Below are positions 30,291 to 41,391 of a stretch of 64,000 nt of DNA, piece by piece. The stretch spans positions 1,088,001 through 1,152,000 of the forward strand of contig OZ219785.1 of NCBI GenBank assembly GCA_964291285.2, read 5' to 3'. Below the pieces are notes generated by a model. The model was given only the letters and a program-made list of their open reading frames with translations, ran no database searches and was not told the DNA's origin. The translations under genes and the position numbers were made by a program. Position 1 is the first letter of the stretch; each line of letters begins with the position of its first letter. Source of the DNA: Alphaproteobacteria bacterium (lineage in GTDB: Bacteria > Pseudomonadota > Alphaproteobacteria > Bin95).

Positions 30291-31351
30291 GTCCTGCGAA
30301 GCAGACCGGCGTCTGGCTTGTCGTCGCGCTTGCGGCGGTGCTCTTCCTCGCGCTCTTCCAGGACATATTGCTGCCCTTCGTCGCCGGCATCGCCATCGCC
30401 TATTTCCTCGACCCGCTGGTGGACCGGCTGGAGCGCCGCGGCGTCGGGCGGACGATTGGGGCCCTGCTCGTGCTCGCCGGATTCGCGGTGGCGAGCTTCG
30501 GCGTGCTGCTGCTGCTTCTGCCGGTGGTGAACGCCCAGCTCGGCGGTCTCGTCGCCGCCCTGCCCGGCTATATCGAAACCCTGGAGCAGGCCCTCTCGCG
30601 GGTGACCGCGCGGCTGCAGGCGGAGTTCTCGCCCGAGGACATGGAAGGCATCCGCCGGGCGCTGGCCGGCCATGTCGCAACCGCCGCCGGCTGGGCAGGC
30701 GAGATCGCCGGGCGTGTGCTGGGCAGCGGGCTGGCGCTCGTCAACCTGCTGGGCCTCGCGATCGTCACGCCCGTCGTCGCCTTCTACCTGTTGCGCGACT
30801 GGGACCGGATCGTCTCCGCCATGGACGGTCTGCTGCCGCGCCGGAGCGCGCCCGTCATCCGCAAGCAGGCGGCGCTGATCGACACGACGCTCGCCGGCTT
30901 CGTGCGAGGCCAGGCCACGGTCTGCATCCTGCTCGGCCTCGGCTACGGGTGCCTGCTGATGCTCGCTGGGCTCGATTTCGGCTTCATCGTCGGCATCTTC
31001 TCCGGCCTCGTCTCGTTCATCCCCTATGTCGGCAGCGTGCTGGGCGGGCTGATTTCTATCGGGCTGGCGCTCGACCAGTTCGAGTCGCTGTGGCGGGTGG
31101 GGCTGGTCGCCCTGATCTTCGTCGCCGGGCAGGCCGTCGAAGGCAACTACCTCACCCCGAAGCTGGTGGGCGACCGGGTGGGCCTGCATCCGGTCTGGGT
31201 GATCTTCGCGCTGTTCGCCGGCGGCTCGCTGCTCGGCTTCGTCGGCATGCTGGTCGCCCTGCCTGCCGCCGCCGCTATCGGGGTGCTGGCGCGCTTCGCC
31301 ATCGAGCAATACCGGGAGAGCCGCCTGTATGGCTCCGACGACGCCTCGTAA
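30287..31351 (+). CDS. AI-2E family transporter (PerM-like)
   Basis: AYFLDP, FVRGQ, FIPYVG, EGN.LTP.LVG..VGLHP. Confidence 0.9.
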   Translation: MSPAKQTGVWLVVALAAVLFLALFQDILLPFVAGIAIAYFLDPLVDRLERRGVGRTIGALLVLAGFAVASFGVLLLLLPVVNAQLGGLVAALPGYIETLEQALSRVTARLQAEFSPEDMEGIRRALAGHVATAAGWAGEIAGRVLGSGLALVNLLGLAIVTPVVAFYLLRDWDRIVSAMDGLLPRRSAPVIRKQAALIDTTLAGFVRGQATVCILLGLGYGCLLMLAGLDFGFIVGIFSGLVSFIPYVGSVLGGLISIGLALDQFESLWRVGLVALIFVAGQAVEGNYLTPKLVGDRVGLHPVWVIFALFAGGSLLGFVGMLVALPAAAAIGVLARFAIEQYRESRLYGSDDAS

Positions 31352-32054
31352 TCGACAACTCATACTGCATCTCGGCCACCGCGCCGCCATGGGTGCCGAG
31401 GACTTCCTGGTCGCCGACAGCAATGCCGAAGCGGTGTCGTGGATCGACCGCTGGCCCGACTGGCCGGCCCCGGCGCTGACGGTCTGGGGGCCGGCGGGGG
31501 CGGGCAAGACGCATCTCGCCCATGTCTGGCGCGCGAGGAGCGGCGCCGCGACGGTTCCGCCGGCAGCGCTGGCGGAAGCCAATCCCGTCAATCTGCTGGG
31601 CGGGCGCAAACATCTCGTCATCGACGGGGCGGACGGCGCGGTGGACGAGCTTGCCCTGCTGCATCTCTACAACCTGCTGGCGGGACGGGGCGGCTCGCTC
31701 CTGCTGACGGCGTCCGCGCCGCCCTCACGCTGGGAACTCAGGACCGCGGACCTCGCCTCGCGCCTCGCCGCCGGCCCGGCCGTCGCCATCCGCCCGCCCG
31801 ACGACCGCCTGCTCGAAGCCGTGCTCGCCAAGCAATTCGCCGACCGGCAGATCGAGATCGGCCAGGAGGTGCTCGACCTGCTGCTCCGGCGCATCGAGCG
31901 CAGTTTCGCCGCGGCGCGTCGTGCGGTAGATATTCTGGACCGCGCCGCACTGGCCGGCCGGCGACGCATCACGGCGAGTCTCGTGCGGGAACTGCTTGCC
32001 GAAGGGGCATTCGAACAGGGGGAGGACAGTCATGGATCTCGGAATCGCAGGTAA
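31329..32054 (+). CDS. hdaA: DnaA regulatory inactivator HdaA
   Basis: QL.L.L clamp motif, GPAGAGKTHL, DLASRL, ERS. Confidence 0.85.
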   Translation: MAPTTPRNRQLILHLGHRAAMGAEDFLVADSNAEAVSWIDRWPDWPAPALTVWGPAGAGKTHLAHVWRARSGAATVPPAALAEANPVNLLGGRKHLVIDGADGAVDELALLHLYNLLAGRGGSLLLTASAPPSRWELRTADLASRLAAGPAVAIRPPDDRLLEAVLAKQFADRQIEIGQEVLDLLLRRIERSFAAARRAVDILDRAALAGRRRITASLVRELLAEGAFEQGEDSHGSRNRR

Positions 32055-32811
32055 GCGGGCCATCGTCGGCGCCGCCAGCAAGGGGCTCGGCAAGGGCTGC
32101 GCCATGGCGCTCGCCGAGGAGGGCGTGCATCTGGTCATCAATGCCCGCACGGCCTCGGAACTCGAGGCGACGGCCGAGGAAATCCGTTCGGCCACCGGCG
32201 TCGAGGTGAAGGCCGTCACCGGCGACATCACGCGTCCCGAGATCCGGCAGGCGATCCTCGCCGCCTGCCCCGAGCCGGACATACTGGTCACCAATGCGGG
32301 CGGGCCGGCGCCCGGCAATTTCCGCACCGACACGCGCGAGCGCTGGCTGGCGGCGCTGGAAGCCCAGCTTTTCGGACATGCGGAGATGATCACCGCGGTC
32401 GTGGACGGCATGGCGGAGCGCGGCTTCGGGCGCATCGTCAACATCACCTCGCAATCGACCAAGATGCCGGTGCCCAATCTCGGCCTCTCGACGTCGGCGC
32501 GCCTTGCGCTCCAAGGCTTTTGCAACACCATCTGCCGCGAGGTCGTGGACCGCAATGTCGTCATCAACAACCTGCTGCCGGGGCCGTTCGACACCGACCG
32601 GCTGCAGAGCGGCATCGTCCACGCGGCGAACCAGGCCGGCATCGACGTGGACGCGGCGCGCAAGCAGCGCATGGCCGCCACGCCGGCCGGGCGCTTCGGC
32701 ACCGCCGAGGAGTTCGGCAAGGTCTGCGCCTTCCTCTGCAGCGAGCATGTAGGCTTCATGACCGCCAACAGCGTGCTGATGGACGGCGGCCTGTATCCGG
32801 GGACCTTCTGA
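32032..32811 (+). CDS. SDR family oxidoreductase
   Basis: MDLGIAGK.A.V.AASKGLG, NAGGP.PG, PG.FDTDR. Confidence 0.9.
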   Translation: MDLGIAGKRAIVGAASKGLGKGCAMALAEEGVHLVINARTASELEATAEEIRSATGVEVKAVTGDITRPEIRQAILAACPEPDILVTNAGGPAPGNFRTDTRERWLAALEAQLFGHAEMITAVVDGMAERGFGRIVNITSQSTKMPVPNLGLSTSARLALQGFCNTICREVVDRNVVINNLLPGPFDTDRLQSGIVHAANQAGIDVDAARKQRMAATPAGRFGTAEEFGKVCAFLCSEHVGFMTANSVLMDGGLYPGTF

Positions 32812-32873
32812 GCCATGCACGACACGGTCATTCGCGGCGCAGGCGGCATGACGGCGCCGGGAAGGCTTCGGCG

Positions 32874-33476
32874 ATGATCAGAGCAGCCGATCTCGATCAT
32901 TTCGTCCGTGCGCTCGGTCGCGCCGTGCGCGAGGCGGTGCCGCCGGGCGGACCCGAAGCCGCGCTCGCGGCACGCATATTCGACGCGCTGGAGACGCCGG
33001 GAGAGCTGCCGGCCGCCAGTCTGAAGCCGAGCCGCCCCGCCCCGGCCGACGCGCTGGACACCGCCTTCGCGCTCGCAGCGCAGGGGCCGGAGCCGGTGCA
33101 GCATGTGGCGGGCGCGCTCCGGGCGATGGATGCGCGGCTGGCCTGGGGACCGAGGCTCGGCAGCGAGACCGATCCGGCCTTCCGCAAGGCCCACGCCAAT
33201 GCCGTGCTGGCCGGCGCGGACGGCCTGGAGCGGCGCGAGGATGCGCGCATCGGCGTCAGCCTCGTGGCGCCGCACACCGACTATGTGAAGCACAATCACC
33301 CGCCGGAGGAGCTCTATTTCGTACTCGCGCCCGGCGACTGGTGGCGCGAGGACCTGGGCTGGCGGGCGCGGCCGGCGGGCAGCATCCAGCACAACCCGCC
33401 CCATGCCTGGCATGCCATGCGCACGGGCGAAACGCCGCTGCTCGCGGTCTGGTGCCTCTGGACGGCGGCCGCCTGA
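32874..33476 (+). CDS. DMSP lyase-family cupin (DddQ/DddL-like)
   Basis: AN..L.G..GLE...D...G.SL.AP...Y..H.HPPEELY.VL ... HN.P...HAMRT...PLLA.W. Confidence 0.7.
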   Translation: MIRAADLDHFVRALGRAVREAVPPGGPEAALAARIFDALETPGELPAASLKPSRPAPADALDTAFALAAQGPEPVQHVAGALRAMDARLAWGPRLGSETDPAFRKAHANAVLAGADGLERREDARIGVSLVAPHTDYVKHNHPPEELYFVLAPGDWWREDLGWRARPAGSIQHNPPHAWHAMRTGETPLLAVWCLWTAAA

Positions 33477-33540
33477 CCCCCGCGGCGAGAGGCGGGCACG
33501 GCGATCCCGGCCATAACCGCTCAGTGAAATCCGGGCTAGA

Positions 33541-34806
33541 ATGGCCGCAATGCAGCGCTATTCGATCTTTTCGCTTCTAAGGCACGCGGTCTCCGGGCAT
33601 CGGGACTGGGAGCCGGCCTGGCGCGCGCCGGAGCCGAAATCCTCCTACGATGTCGTCATCGTCGGCGGCGGCGGACACGGCCTCGCCGCGGCCTACTATC
33701 TCGCCCGCAACCACGGCATAACGAATGTCGCCGTGCTGGAGCGGGGCTGGATCGGCGGCGGCAATACCGGGCGCAACACCACCATCGTGCGGTCCAACTA
33801 CCTGCTGCCGGAGAACCAGCGCTTCTACGAGCACTCGCTCAAGCTCTGGGAGGGGCTGAGCCGCGACCTCAACTACAATGTGATGTTCTCGCAGCGCGGC
33901 GTCATCAACGTCTTCCACACCGACGCCCAGCGCGACTACTGGGTGCGCCGGCACAACGGCATGCGCTACGCCGGCATCGACGCGGAACTGCTGACGCGCG
34001 CGGACCTGGCGCGGCTGGTCCCGGCGCTCAACCTCTCGCCGGACATCCGCCACCCCATCGTCGGCGGCGTGATGCAGCCGCGCGGCGGCGTCGCCCGCCA
34101 CGACGCCGTCGCCTGGGGCTATGCGCGCGCCGCCGATGCGCTGGGGGTGGATATCATCCAGGACTGCGAGGTGACCGGCATCGACGTCCAGGCCGGCAGG
34201 GTCACGGGACTGCAGACGAGCCGGGGGCCCATCGGCGCCGGCCGCATCGGCCTCGCGGTCGCCGGCCACTCCTCGCGGCTGGCGGAAATGGCGGGCATCC
34301 GCCTGCCCATCGAGACGCACCTGCTCACGGCGACGGTGTCGGAGCCAGTCAAACCCTTCATGGACAAGGTCGTCTCGGTGGCGGCGGCGCATGTCTATGT
34401 CAGCCAGACGGACAAGGGCGAAGTGCTGATCGGCGGCGCCCTCGACGGCTACAATTCCTGGTCGCAGCGCGGCAGCCCCGCGCGGCTGGAGGACATATTG
34501 TCGGCGGCCTGCGAGTATTTCCCGCGCGTCTCGCGCCTGCGCCAGCTCCGCCATTGGGCCGGCGTCATGGACATGAGCATGGACGGCAGCCCGATCATCG
34601 CCAAACTGCCGGTCGAGGGCCTCGCCATGACCGGCGGCTGGTGCTACGGCGGCTTCAAGGCGACGCCCGCCTCCGGCTGGTGCCTGGCCTGGACGCTCGC
34701 CAACGATGCGCCGCACGCGCTGAACGCGCCCTTCTCGCTCGAACGCTTCCGCACCGGGGCCGTGCTGGACGAAAACGGCGCCGGGCCGGTGGCGTGGGGA
34801 CATTGA
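33541..34806 (+). CDS. soxB: Sarcosine oxidase beta subunit
   Basis: GGGGHGLA.AYYLA.NHGI, GGNTGRNTTI.RSNY, GGFKATP. Confidence 0.93.
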   Translation: MAAMQRYSIFSLLRHAVSGHRDWEPAWRAPEPKSSYDVVIVGGGGHGLAAAYYLARNHGITNVAVLERGWIGGGNTGRNTTIVRSNYLLPENQRFYEHSLKLWEGLSRDLNYNVMFSQRGVINVFHTDAQRDYWVRRHNGMRYAGIDAELLTRADLARLVPALNLSPDIRHPIVGGVMQPRGGVARHDAVAWGYARAADALGVDIIQDCEVTGIDVQAGRVTGLQTSRGPIGAGRIGLAVAGHSSRLAEMAGIRLPIETHLLTATVSEPVKPFMDKVVSVAAAHVYVSQTDKGEVLIGGALDGYNSWSQRGSPARLEDILSAACEYFPRVSRLRQLRHWAGVMDMSMDGSPIIAKLPVEGLAMTGGWCYGGFKATPASGWCLAWTLANDAPHALNAPFSLERFRTGAVLDENGAGPVAWGH

Positions 34807-34819
34807 GGGTACCGGACGC

Positions 34820-35080
34820 ATGCTGCTGATTCCCTGCCCCTTCTGCGGCGCGCGCGACGAGACGGAGTTCGTCTATGGCGGCGAAGCCGGGGTCGAACGC
34901 CCGGCCGACCCCGGGGCCGCGACCGACGAAGCCTGGACCGACTATCTCTGCTTCCACGACAACCCGAAGGGCCTGCATCGCGAACTCTGGTTCCACCGCG
35001 ACGGCTGCCGGCGCTGGCTGACGGTCGAGCGCGATACTTACACCCACGAGCTCCGCTCGGCGCGGTTGAGCCGGCCATGA
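34820..35080 (+). CDS. soxD: Sarcosine oxidase delta subunit
   Basis: CPFCG.R.E.EF.YGGEA, E.W.H..GC. Confidence 0.93.
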   Translation: MLLIPCPFCGARDETEFVYGGEAGVERPADPGAATDEAWTDYLCFHDNPKGLHRELWFHRDGCRRWLTVERDTYTHELRSARLSRP

Positions 35081-38025
35081 GGCGCCAGCCCTTCCGCACC
35101 GCAGAGGGCGGCCACCTGATCGACCGCTCGGAGCCGCTGCGCTTCGATTTCGACGGCCACCGCCATGAAGGATACCGCGGCGACAGCCTGGCCTCCGGGC
35201 TGCTGGCGGCCGGCGTGCGCATCGCGGCGCGAAGCTTCAAATACCACCGCCCGCGCGGCGTCTGGGGCTTCGGCTCCGAAGAGCCGAACGCCATGGTGAC
35301 GACGGGTGTGAGGGAGGAGGCCCGGCCGAACCTGAAGGCGACGGAGGTTCCGCTCTCGGACGGCCTCAGGGCCTCCGGGCAGAACGCCTGGCCCTCCGTC
35401 GCGTGGGACCTCGGCGGCGCGCTTGGCCTTGCCGGCAGCATCCTGCCTGCGGGGTTCTACTACAAGACCTTCATGTGGCCGCCGCGCTGGTGGCTCGCGC
35501 TCTACGAACCGCTGATCCGGCGCATGGCGGGCTTCGGCCCGGCCCCGCCTGTGCCCGACGACGCCTTCTACGCCAAGCGGCGCATCAATGCCGACGTGCT
35601 GGTGGCGGGCGGCGGGCCGGCGGGCGTGGCGGCGGCGCTGGCGGCCGCGCGCGCCGGGGCGCGGGTCGTGCTCGCCGACGAGAATGTCCGCTTCGGCGGC
35701 GACCTGCTGCGCGCGCCGGGCGAGATCGGCGACGGCGACGGGCTCGCCTGGATCGACGCCGCGACTGCCGAGCTCGAAGGGATGAGCAATGTCCGCCTGC
35801 TCCGCCGCGCCACCGTCGCCGGCTATTACGACCACAACCTGCTGACGGTCGCCGAGCGGGCCGGCGGGGACGCGCCGCCGGGCGCGCCGGAAACCCGCCT
35901 CTGGTTCGTGCGGGCGCGGGACGTGGTGATCGCCGCCGGCGCGCATGAGCGCCCGCTGCTCTTCGCCGGCAACGACCGGCCGGGCGTCATGTCGGCGTCC
36001 GCGGCCGGCGGCTACGCCCATGCCTACGGCGTGCTGGCCGGGCGGCGCGCCGTGGTCGCGGGCAACAATGACAGCATCTACCGGGTGGCCCGGCTGCTGC
36101 GGAGCGCGGGCGCCTCCATCGCCGCCGTAGCCGATACCCGCTCCGGCGGCGATGCGCGCGACCTGCCCTGCCGCGCGAACCGGGCCGTCGAACGGGTGCT
36201 CGGCAGCCGCCGGGTGCGCGGCGCGCTGCTCCAACGGGCGGATGGCCGGGCAGGCGGCCGGGGCGAACGCATCGCCTGCGACCTCGTCGCCGTCGCCGGC
36301 GGCTGGAGCCCGGCGGTGCATCTGCACGCCCAGGCGCGCGGCAGCCTGCGCTACGACGAGGAGCGGGGGCTGATCCTGCCCGACAGGCCGGGCGGCGCGA
36401 ACCGGAGCGCGGGCGCGGCGGCCGGGCGCTTCGACCTCGACGGCTGCCTGGCGGAAGGCTGGGCCGCGGGGATTGCCGCGGCTGCATCCTCGGGGCACGA
36501 ACGGGCCGCCGGCGAGCCGCCGCGTTCGCCCGACCGCAGCGCCGGGGACGCGCCCGTCTTCTGGCAGCCGGGCGGCGGCAAGCGCTTCGTCGATCTGCAA
36601 TATGACGTGACCGCAGCGGATGTGGAGCTCGCCGCGCGCGAGGGCTACCGCTCGGTCGAGCATGTGAAGCGCTACACCGCGCTCGGCATGGGCACCGACC
36701 AGGGCAAGACCTCCGGCATGGCGGGCCTCGTCCTGCTGTCCGAGGCGCTCGGCCGGTCCGTCGCGCAGACGGGCACGACGACCTTCCGCCCGCCCTATAC
36801 GCCCGTGCCGATGGCGGCCATGGCCGCCGGCCTCACCGGCGAGGGCCGGGACGCGCTGCGCCGCACGGCGGCCGACGACTGGCACGAGGCGCGCGGCGCC
36901 CCCTTCACCGCCGCCGGCCACTGGCGCCGGCCCCGCTACTATCCGCGCGAGGGCATGAGCGAGGACGAGGCCATCGAGGCGGAAGTGCGCGAGACCCGCG
37001 CCGGGGTCGGCATCGTGGATGTCGGCACGCTCGGCAAGGTCGATATCCAGGGCCGCGACGCCGCGGCCTTCCTCGACCTCGTCTACGCCAACCGGATGTC
37101 CAGCCTGAAGACCGGACGCGGGCGCTACGGGCTGATGCTGCGCGAGGACGGGCGCGTGTTCGACGACGGCGTCGTCATGCGGCTTGGCGAAAACCACTTC
37201 TACCTGACCACCACGACCGCGCACCAGCACGCCGCGATGGAGCACATGGAATACCTGCTCCAGACCGTCTGGCCGGAGCTTGAGGTCTATGCGACCGACG
37301 TCACCGAGCACTGGTTCGCCGCCGCGCTGGCCGGCCCCGGCTCGCGGGCGCTGCTGGGCGAGGCCGCGCCCGGACTCGACCTGTCGGACGACGCCTTCCC
37401 GATGATGGCGGTGCACGCGGCCGCGGTCGCCGACCTGCCCGCGCTCGTCTTCCGCATGAGCTATTCAGGCGAGCTTTCCTACGAGGTCGCCGTGCCCGCC
37501 GATTGCGGCCTGGCGCTCTGGACGCGGCTGCTGACGGCCGGGCGCGAGCACGGCCTGACGCCTTACGGCACCGAGGCGATGGGCGTCATGCGCATCGAGA
37601 AGGGGCATGTCACCCACGCCGAGGCGGACGGGCGCACGACCCCGGACGATCTGGGGCTCGGGCGCATGGTCAGGGCGGATGCGCGCAGCGTCGGCGTGCG
37701 CTCGCTGGACCTGCCGGCGCTCCGCCGGAAGGGCCGCCAGCAGCTTGTCGGGCTCTCCGTCATCGACGCGCAGGCTCGGATCCCGCCCGGCTGCCAGGTG
37801 GCGGAGAGCGGCGACATGCGCCCCGCCCCGCCGCTCGGCCACGTCACCTCCTTCTGCTACAGCCCGACGCTCGGCCGCGCGCTCGCGCTCGCGCTGGTCG
37901 AGAACGGGCGGGCGCGGACCGGCCAGACGGTCCATGTCGCCTCGCCGGTCACCGGCTTCTCCACGGCGGCGGAGGTCGTGTCGCCGGTGTTCTACGACCC
38001 GGAAGGGGTGCGCCTCCGTGGTTGA
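35077..38025 (+). CDS. soxA: Sarcosine oxidase alpha subunit
   Basis: RSFKYHRPRG, KRYT.LGMG.DQGK, GcvT-like C-terminus. Confidence 0.93.
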   Translation: MRRQPFRTAEGGHLIDRSEPLRFDFDGHRHEGYRGDSLASGLLAAGVRIAARSFKYHRPRGVWGFGSEEPNAMVTTGVREEARPNLKATEVPLSDGLRASGQNAWPSVAWDLGGALGLAGSILPAGFYYKTFMWPPRWWLALYEPLIRRMAGFGPAPPVPDDAFYAKRRINADVLVAGGGPAGVAAALAAARAGARVVLADENVRFGGDLLRAPGEIGDGDGLAWIDAATAELEGMSNVRLLRRATVAGYYDHNLLTVAERAGGDAPPGAPETRLWFVRARDVVIAAGAHERPLLFAGNDRPGVMSASAAGGYAHAYGVLAGRRAVVAGNNDSIYRVARLLRSAGASIAAVADTRSGGDARDLPCRANRAVERVLGSRRVRGALLQRADGRAGGRGERIACDLVAVAGGWSPAVHLHAQARGSLRYDEERGLILPDRPGGANRSAGAAAGRFDLDGCLAEGWAAGIAAAASSGHERAAGEPPRSPDRSAGDAPVFWQPGGGKRFVDLQYDVTAADVELAAREGYRSVEHVKRYTALGMGTDQGKTSGMAGLVLLSEALGRSVAQTGTTTFRPPYTPVPMAAMAAGLTGEGRDALRRTAADDWHEARGAPFTAAGHWRRPRYYPREGMSEDEAIEAEVRETRAGVGIVDVGTLGKVDIQGRDAAAFLDLVYANRMSSLKTGRGRYGLMLREDGRVFDDGVVMRLGENHFYLTTTTAHQHAAMEHMEYLLQTVWPELEVYATDVTEHWFAAALAGPGSRALLGEAAPGLDLSDDAFPMMAVHAAAVADLPALVFRMSYSGELSYEVAVPADCGLALWTRLLTAGREHGLTPYGTEAMGVMRIEKGHVTHAEADGRTTPDDLGLGRMVRADARSVGVRSLDLPALRRKGRQQLVGLSVIDAQARIPPGCQVAESGDMRPAPPLGHVTSFCYSPTLGRALALALVENGRARTGQTVHVASPVTGFSTAAEVVSPVFYDPEGVRLRG

Positions 38026-38623
38026 CGACGCAACCGACGCGCGGCGCAGCGCGCTCGCCGGGCTGGACCTCGGCTCGCGCGCCGGCGGGGCGGGCGGCGT
38101 CCTGCTGGGCGAGGGGCCGGCGCGGGAGAGCTTCGTCCTGCGCGGCCCGGCGGACGACCCGGCCTTCGCGCAGGCGGTCGAAGCGGCGCTGGGCGCGGGC
38201 CTGCCGCCGGAGCCCGGCGAGGCGCGGGAATGCAGGGAGGAGGCGCTGCTCATCCGCCTCGGCCCCGACGAATGGCGCCTCATCGCGCCTTTGTCGGACG
38301 ACGGCCGGCTCGCCGCCCGCCTCGCCTCGGAACTCGCCGGCGGGCGGGGCGCGCTCGTCAACGTCTCCTCCGCCTCGACCGTGATTACCGTCGCGGGCGA
38401 ACACGCGGCGGACCTGCTGGCGACCGGCACCGGCATCGACCTCGACCCGGCGGCCTTTCCTCCGGGCCGGGCGGTGCGCACCCGCATCGGCAACGCCCAG
38501 GCGCTCGTCCACCGCAGGGCCGAGGACGTCTTCGATCTCCACGTCCCGCGCAGCTATGTCCGCTCCTTCTGGGAATGGCTGGAAGAGCGCGGCCGCGAGT
38601 TCGACGCCGCCGTCGCGCTCTGA
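38018..38623 (+). CDS. soxG: Sarcosine oxidase gamma subunit
   Basis: LGPDEW, IDL.P.AF..G, RSY...W.WL. Confidence 0.88.
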   Translation: MVDDATDARRSALAGLDLGSRAGGAGGVLLGEGPARESFVLRGPADDPAFAQAVEAALGAGLPPEPGEARECREEALLIRLGPDEWRLIAPLSDDGRLAARLASELAGGRGALVNVSSASTVITVAGEHAADLLATGTGIDLDPAAFPPGRAVRTRIGNAQALVHRRAEDVFDLHVPRSYVRSFWEWLEERGREFDAAVAL

Positions 38624-38641
38624 GGCGGAGGACAGCAGCTT

Positions 38642-39052
38642 ATGGGCGAACTCGTAGCTATCGCGAGGCTTGAGAACACTTTCGACAGAGGCATCGTCGA
38701 ACAGGGCTACGGCGATGCAGGCGCTATTCGTGCAACCAGTGTTGAAGTCGTCGTGAACACTGCCACCGCGATGTTGATGTTGCCCGAAACCGTGGTTGAA
38801 CGCCTCGGACTTGAGGCCCGGCGGCGCGCGATAGTCGTCGATGCAGACGGCAGCAGGGAAATACGGCCGGTTGCCGGTCCCGTCACCGTAGAGATCTGCG
38901 GACGATCGGCATGCACCTCCTGCATCGTTGGTCCGCCGATGAGCGTGGCATCGGTCGGCCGTTCCGTGCTTCTGGAGCTCGACCTGATTTCCGGCGGGCT
39001 TGGGCCCGGCCTTTATCCACGACATCCCGATTACCCGATTCTGAGGCTCTGA
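38642..39052 (+). CDS. Retropepsin-like (clan AA) aspartyl protease homolog with degenerate active site
   Basis: Fold motifs L.LP...V..LGL, ADG, G..VLLELDL; DTGA position reads NTAT. Confidence 0.6.
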   Translation: MGELVAIARLENTFDRGIVEQGYGDAGAIRATSVEVVVNTATAMLMLPETVVERLGLEARRRAIVVDADGSREIRPVAGPVTVEICGRSACTSCIVGPPMSVASVGRSVLLELDLISGGLGPGLYPRHPDYPILRL

Positions 39053-39579
39053 TGGGCACAGTCCTCCCGGTCGAGCCGCTGACCCGCGCCGCCTTCGCGC
39101 CCTTCGGCGATGTGATCGAGACGGAGGGCGCGCGGCACTTCGAGATCAATGACGGCCGGGCGACCCGCTTCCACGACCTCGCCCGCATCGATGTGGAGGC
39201 GGAAGGCGGACATGCGGTGGTCAACATCTTCCGCGCCCGCCCGCTGCCCATGCCGCTGACAATCGCGATGGTGGAGAAGCACCCGCTCGGCTCGCAGGCC
39301 TTCGTCCCACTCGACGCCGCGCCCTTCCTGGTCGTCGTCGCGCCGCCCGGAGAGACGGTCGCGCCGGACGGCCTCCGCGCCTTCCTCGCGCGCGGCGGCC
39401 AGGGCGTCAACTACGCCCCCGGCGTCTGGCACCACCCCGTCATCGCGCTCGGCCGCGAGACCGATTTCCTCGTCATCGACCGCGGCGGCCCCGGCGACAA
39501 TCTCGCGGAGTTCTTCTTCGACGCGGGCGAGCGCCGTGTCGTCGAGGTCAGTCGGCCGGCGGAGACGGCAGCGCCCTGA
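39052..39579 (+). CDS. allA: Ureidoglycolate lyase
   Basis: [33 protein letters not shown]. Confidence 0.9.
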   Translation: MGTVLPVEPLTRAAFAPFGDVIETEGARHFEINDGRATRFHDLARIDVEAEGGHAVVNIFRARPLPMPLTIAMVEKHPLGSQAFVPLDAAPFLVVVAPPGETVAPDGLRAFLARGGQGVNYAPGVWHHPVIALGRETDFLVIDRGGPGDNLAEFFFDAGERRVVEVSRPAETAAP

Positions 39580-41365
39580 GCGCCTCCAGGAACGCCTCGC
39601 CGTAGCGCCGCAGCTTCGTCGCGCCGACGCCGGGGACTTCGGCCATCTCGGCCAGGGTGGCGGGGCGGCGGTCGAGCATGGCGTGGAGGGCGCTGTCGGG
39701 GAACACGACGTAGGGCGGGACGTTCTGCTCCTGAGCCAGCCTGCGGCGGAGCGCGCGGAGCGCCTCGAAGCCTTCCCGGTCGGGGGAGGCCGTCGGCGCG
39801 CCCCGCTCCTTGCGCTCCCTCGGCTGCCGGGCCGGGCGGGCCTCCCGCTTCTCCAGCCGCAACTGCACCTGCCGCTCGCCGCGCAGCACGGCGCGGGCGT
39901 CCGGGCCGAGGCGGAGCACGGTGAAGCTCTCCAGGCTCTCCTCCGCGACCAGTTCCGCCGCCAACAACTGGCGCAGGATCGAGCGCCATTCGCCAACGCC
40001 CCGGGCCTTGCCGACGCCGAAAGTCGGCAGCCGGTCGTGCCGGAGCCTGAGGACGCGCTCGGTCTCCCGCCCGCGCAGCACGTCGATAATGTGCCCGCGG
40101 CCGAAGCGCTGGCCCGTGCGGTAGATCGCGGAGAGCGCCATCTGCGCCGCCTCCATGCCGTCGAACATCTCGGGCGGGTCCAGACAGACATCGCAATTGC
40201 CGCAGGGCTCGCAGTCGTCGCCGAAATAGCCGAGCAGGATGCGCCGCCGGCATGTCGCCGCCTCGGCATAGCCGACCAGCGCCTCCAGCTTGCCCCGCTC
40301 GACGCGCTTCTGCTCGTCGGAGGCTTCGGACTCGTCGATGAAGCGTCCCAATTGGGTCAAGTCTCCCGGCCCGTAGAGCATCCAGGCTTCCGCCGGCAGG
40401 CCGTCGCGCCCGGCCCGGCCGGTCTCCTGGTAGTAGGCTTCGAGGCTCTTCGGCAGGTCGAGATGGGCGACGAAGCGCACGTCCGGCTTGTCGATGCCCA
40501 TGCCGAAGGCGACCGTCGCCACCATCACCGCATCGTCCGAGGCGACGAACCGCGCCTGGGCGTCGGCCCGCTCCTCCGCCTCCATGCCGGCATGGTAGGC
40601 GAGCGCGCGCACGCCGGCCCCGTTCAGCGCGTCCGCCACTTGCTCGACCCGCTTGCGCGTCATGCAATAGACGATGCCGGCCTCGCCCCGCCGCCCGGCG
40701 AGGAAGGCCAGCAGCTGGTCCACGCGCTTCCCGCGCGGCCGGACCGTGTAGCGGATGTTCGGCCGGTCGAAGCCGGAGACGAAGCGCTCCGCCCCCTCCA
40801 GCCGGAGTTCGCGCAGTATGTCGGCGCGGGTCGCCTCGTCGGCGGTCGCGGTCAGCGCGATCCGGGGCACGGCCGGGAACCGCTCGGCCAGCACCGCAAG
40901 CTGGCGGTAGTCCGGGCGGAAGTCGTGGCCCCACTGGCTGACGCAGTGCGCCTCGTCGATGGCGAACAGCGCGAGCGGCGCCCGCGCCAGCAGCTCCAGG
41001 AAGCCCGGCGCGGCGAAGCGCTCCGGCGAGACATAGACGAGGTCGAGCCGGCCCTCGCGCACCGCCCGCTCGACGCCTGCCCGCTCCCGCCCGTCGAGCG
41101 CCGAGTTGAGCGCGGCCGCCACCACCCCGTTCTGGGCGAGCGCCGCCACCTGGTCCTGCATCAGCGCGATCAACGGCGAGACGACGACCGCCACGCCCGG
41201 CCGGACCAGCGCCGGCACCTGGTAGCAGAGCGACTTGCCCGCGCCCGTCGGCATCAGCACCAGCGCGTCCCGGCCCGCCACCACCGCGTCGATGGCCGCG
41301 CGCTGGTGGCCGCGGAACGCCTCGTGGCCGAAGACCCGCCGCAGGACCTCCAGCGGGTCCGGCAC
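39548..41365 (-). CDS. recQ: ATP-dependent DNA helicase RecQ
   Basis: [36 protein letters not shown], Zn/RQC and HRDC domains. Confidence 0.95.
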   Translation of the reverse strand: MPDPLEVLRRVFGHEAFRGHQRAAIDAVVAGRDALVLMPTGAGKSLCYQVPALVRPGVAVVVSPLIALMQDQVAALAQNGVVAAALNSALDGRERAGVERAVREGRLDLVYVSPERFAAPGFLELLARAPLALFAIDEAHCVSQWGHDFRPDYRQLAVLAERFPAVPRIALTATADEATRADILRELRLEGAERFVSGFDRPNIRYTVRPRGKRVDQLLAFLAGRRGEAGIVYCMTRKRVEQVADALNGAGVRALAYHAGMEAEERADAQARFVASDDAVMVATVAFGMGIDKPDVRFVAHLDLPKSLEAYYQETGRAGRDGLPAEAWMLYGPGDLTQLGRFIDESEASDEQKRVERGKLEALVGYAEAATCRRRILLGYFGDDCEPCGNCDVCLDPPEMFDGMEAAQMALSAIYRTGQRFGRGHIIDVLRGRETERVLRLRHDRLPTFGVGKARGVGEWRSILRQLLAAELVAEESLESFTVLRLGPDARAVLRGERQVQLRLEKREARPARQPRERKERGAPTASPDREGFEALRALRRRLAQEQNVPPYVVFPDSALHAMLDRRPATLAEMAEVPGVGATKLRRYGEAFLEALRALPSPPAD

Positions 41366-41391
41366 GGTCCGGGAGCCGTCCGGTGGGGGCG

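Noticed and set aside
27507-30680. 1057-aa ORF and other long antisense ORFs (e.g. 35038-37416, 52170-54629, 8344-10599)
   Set aside because: High-GC shadow frames; only the purM part of the first is real
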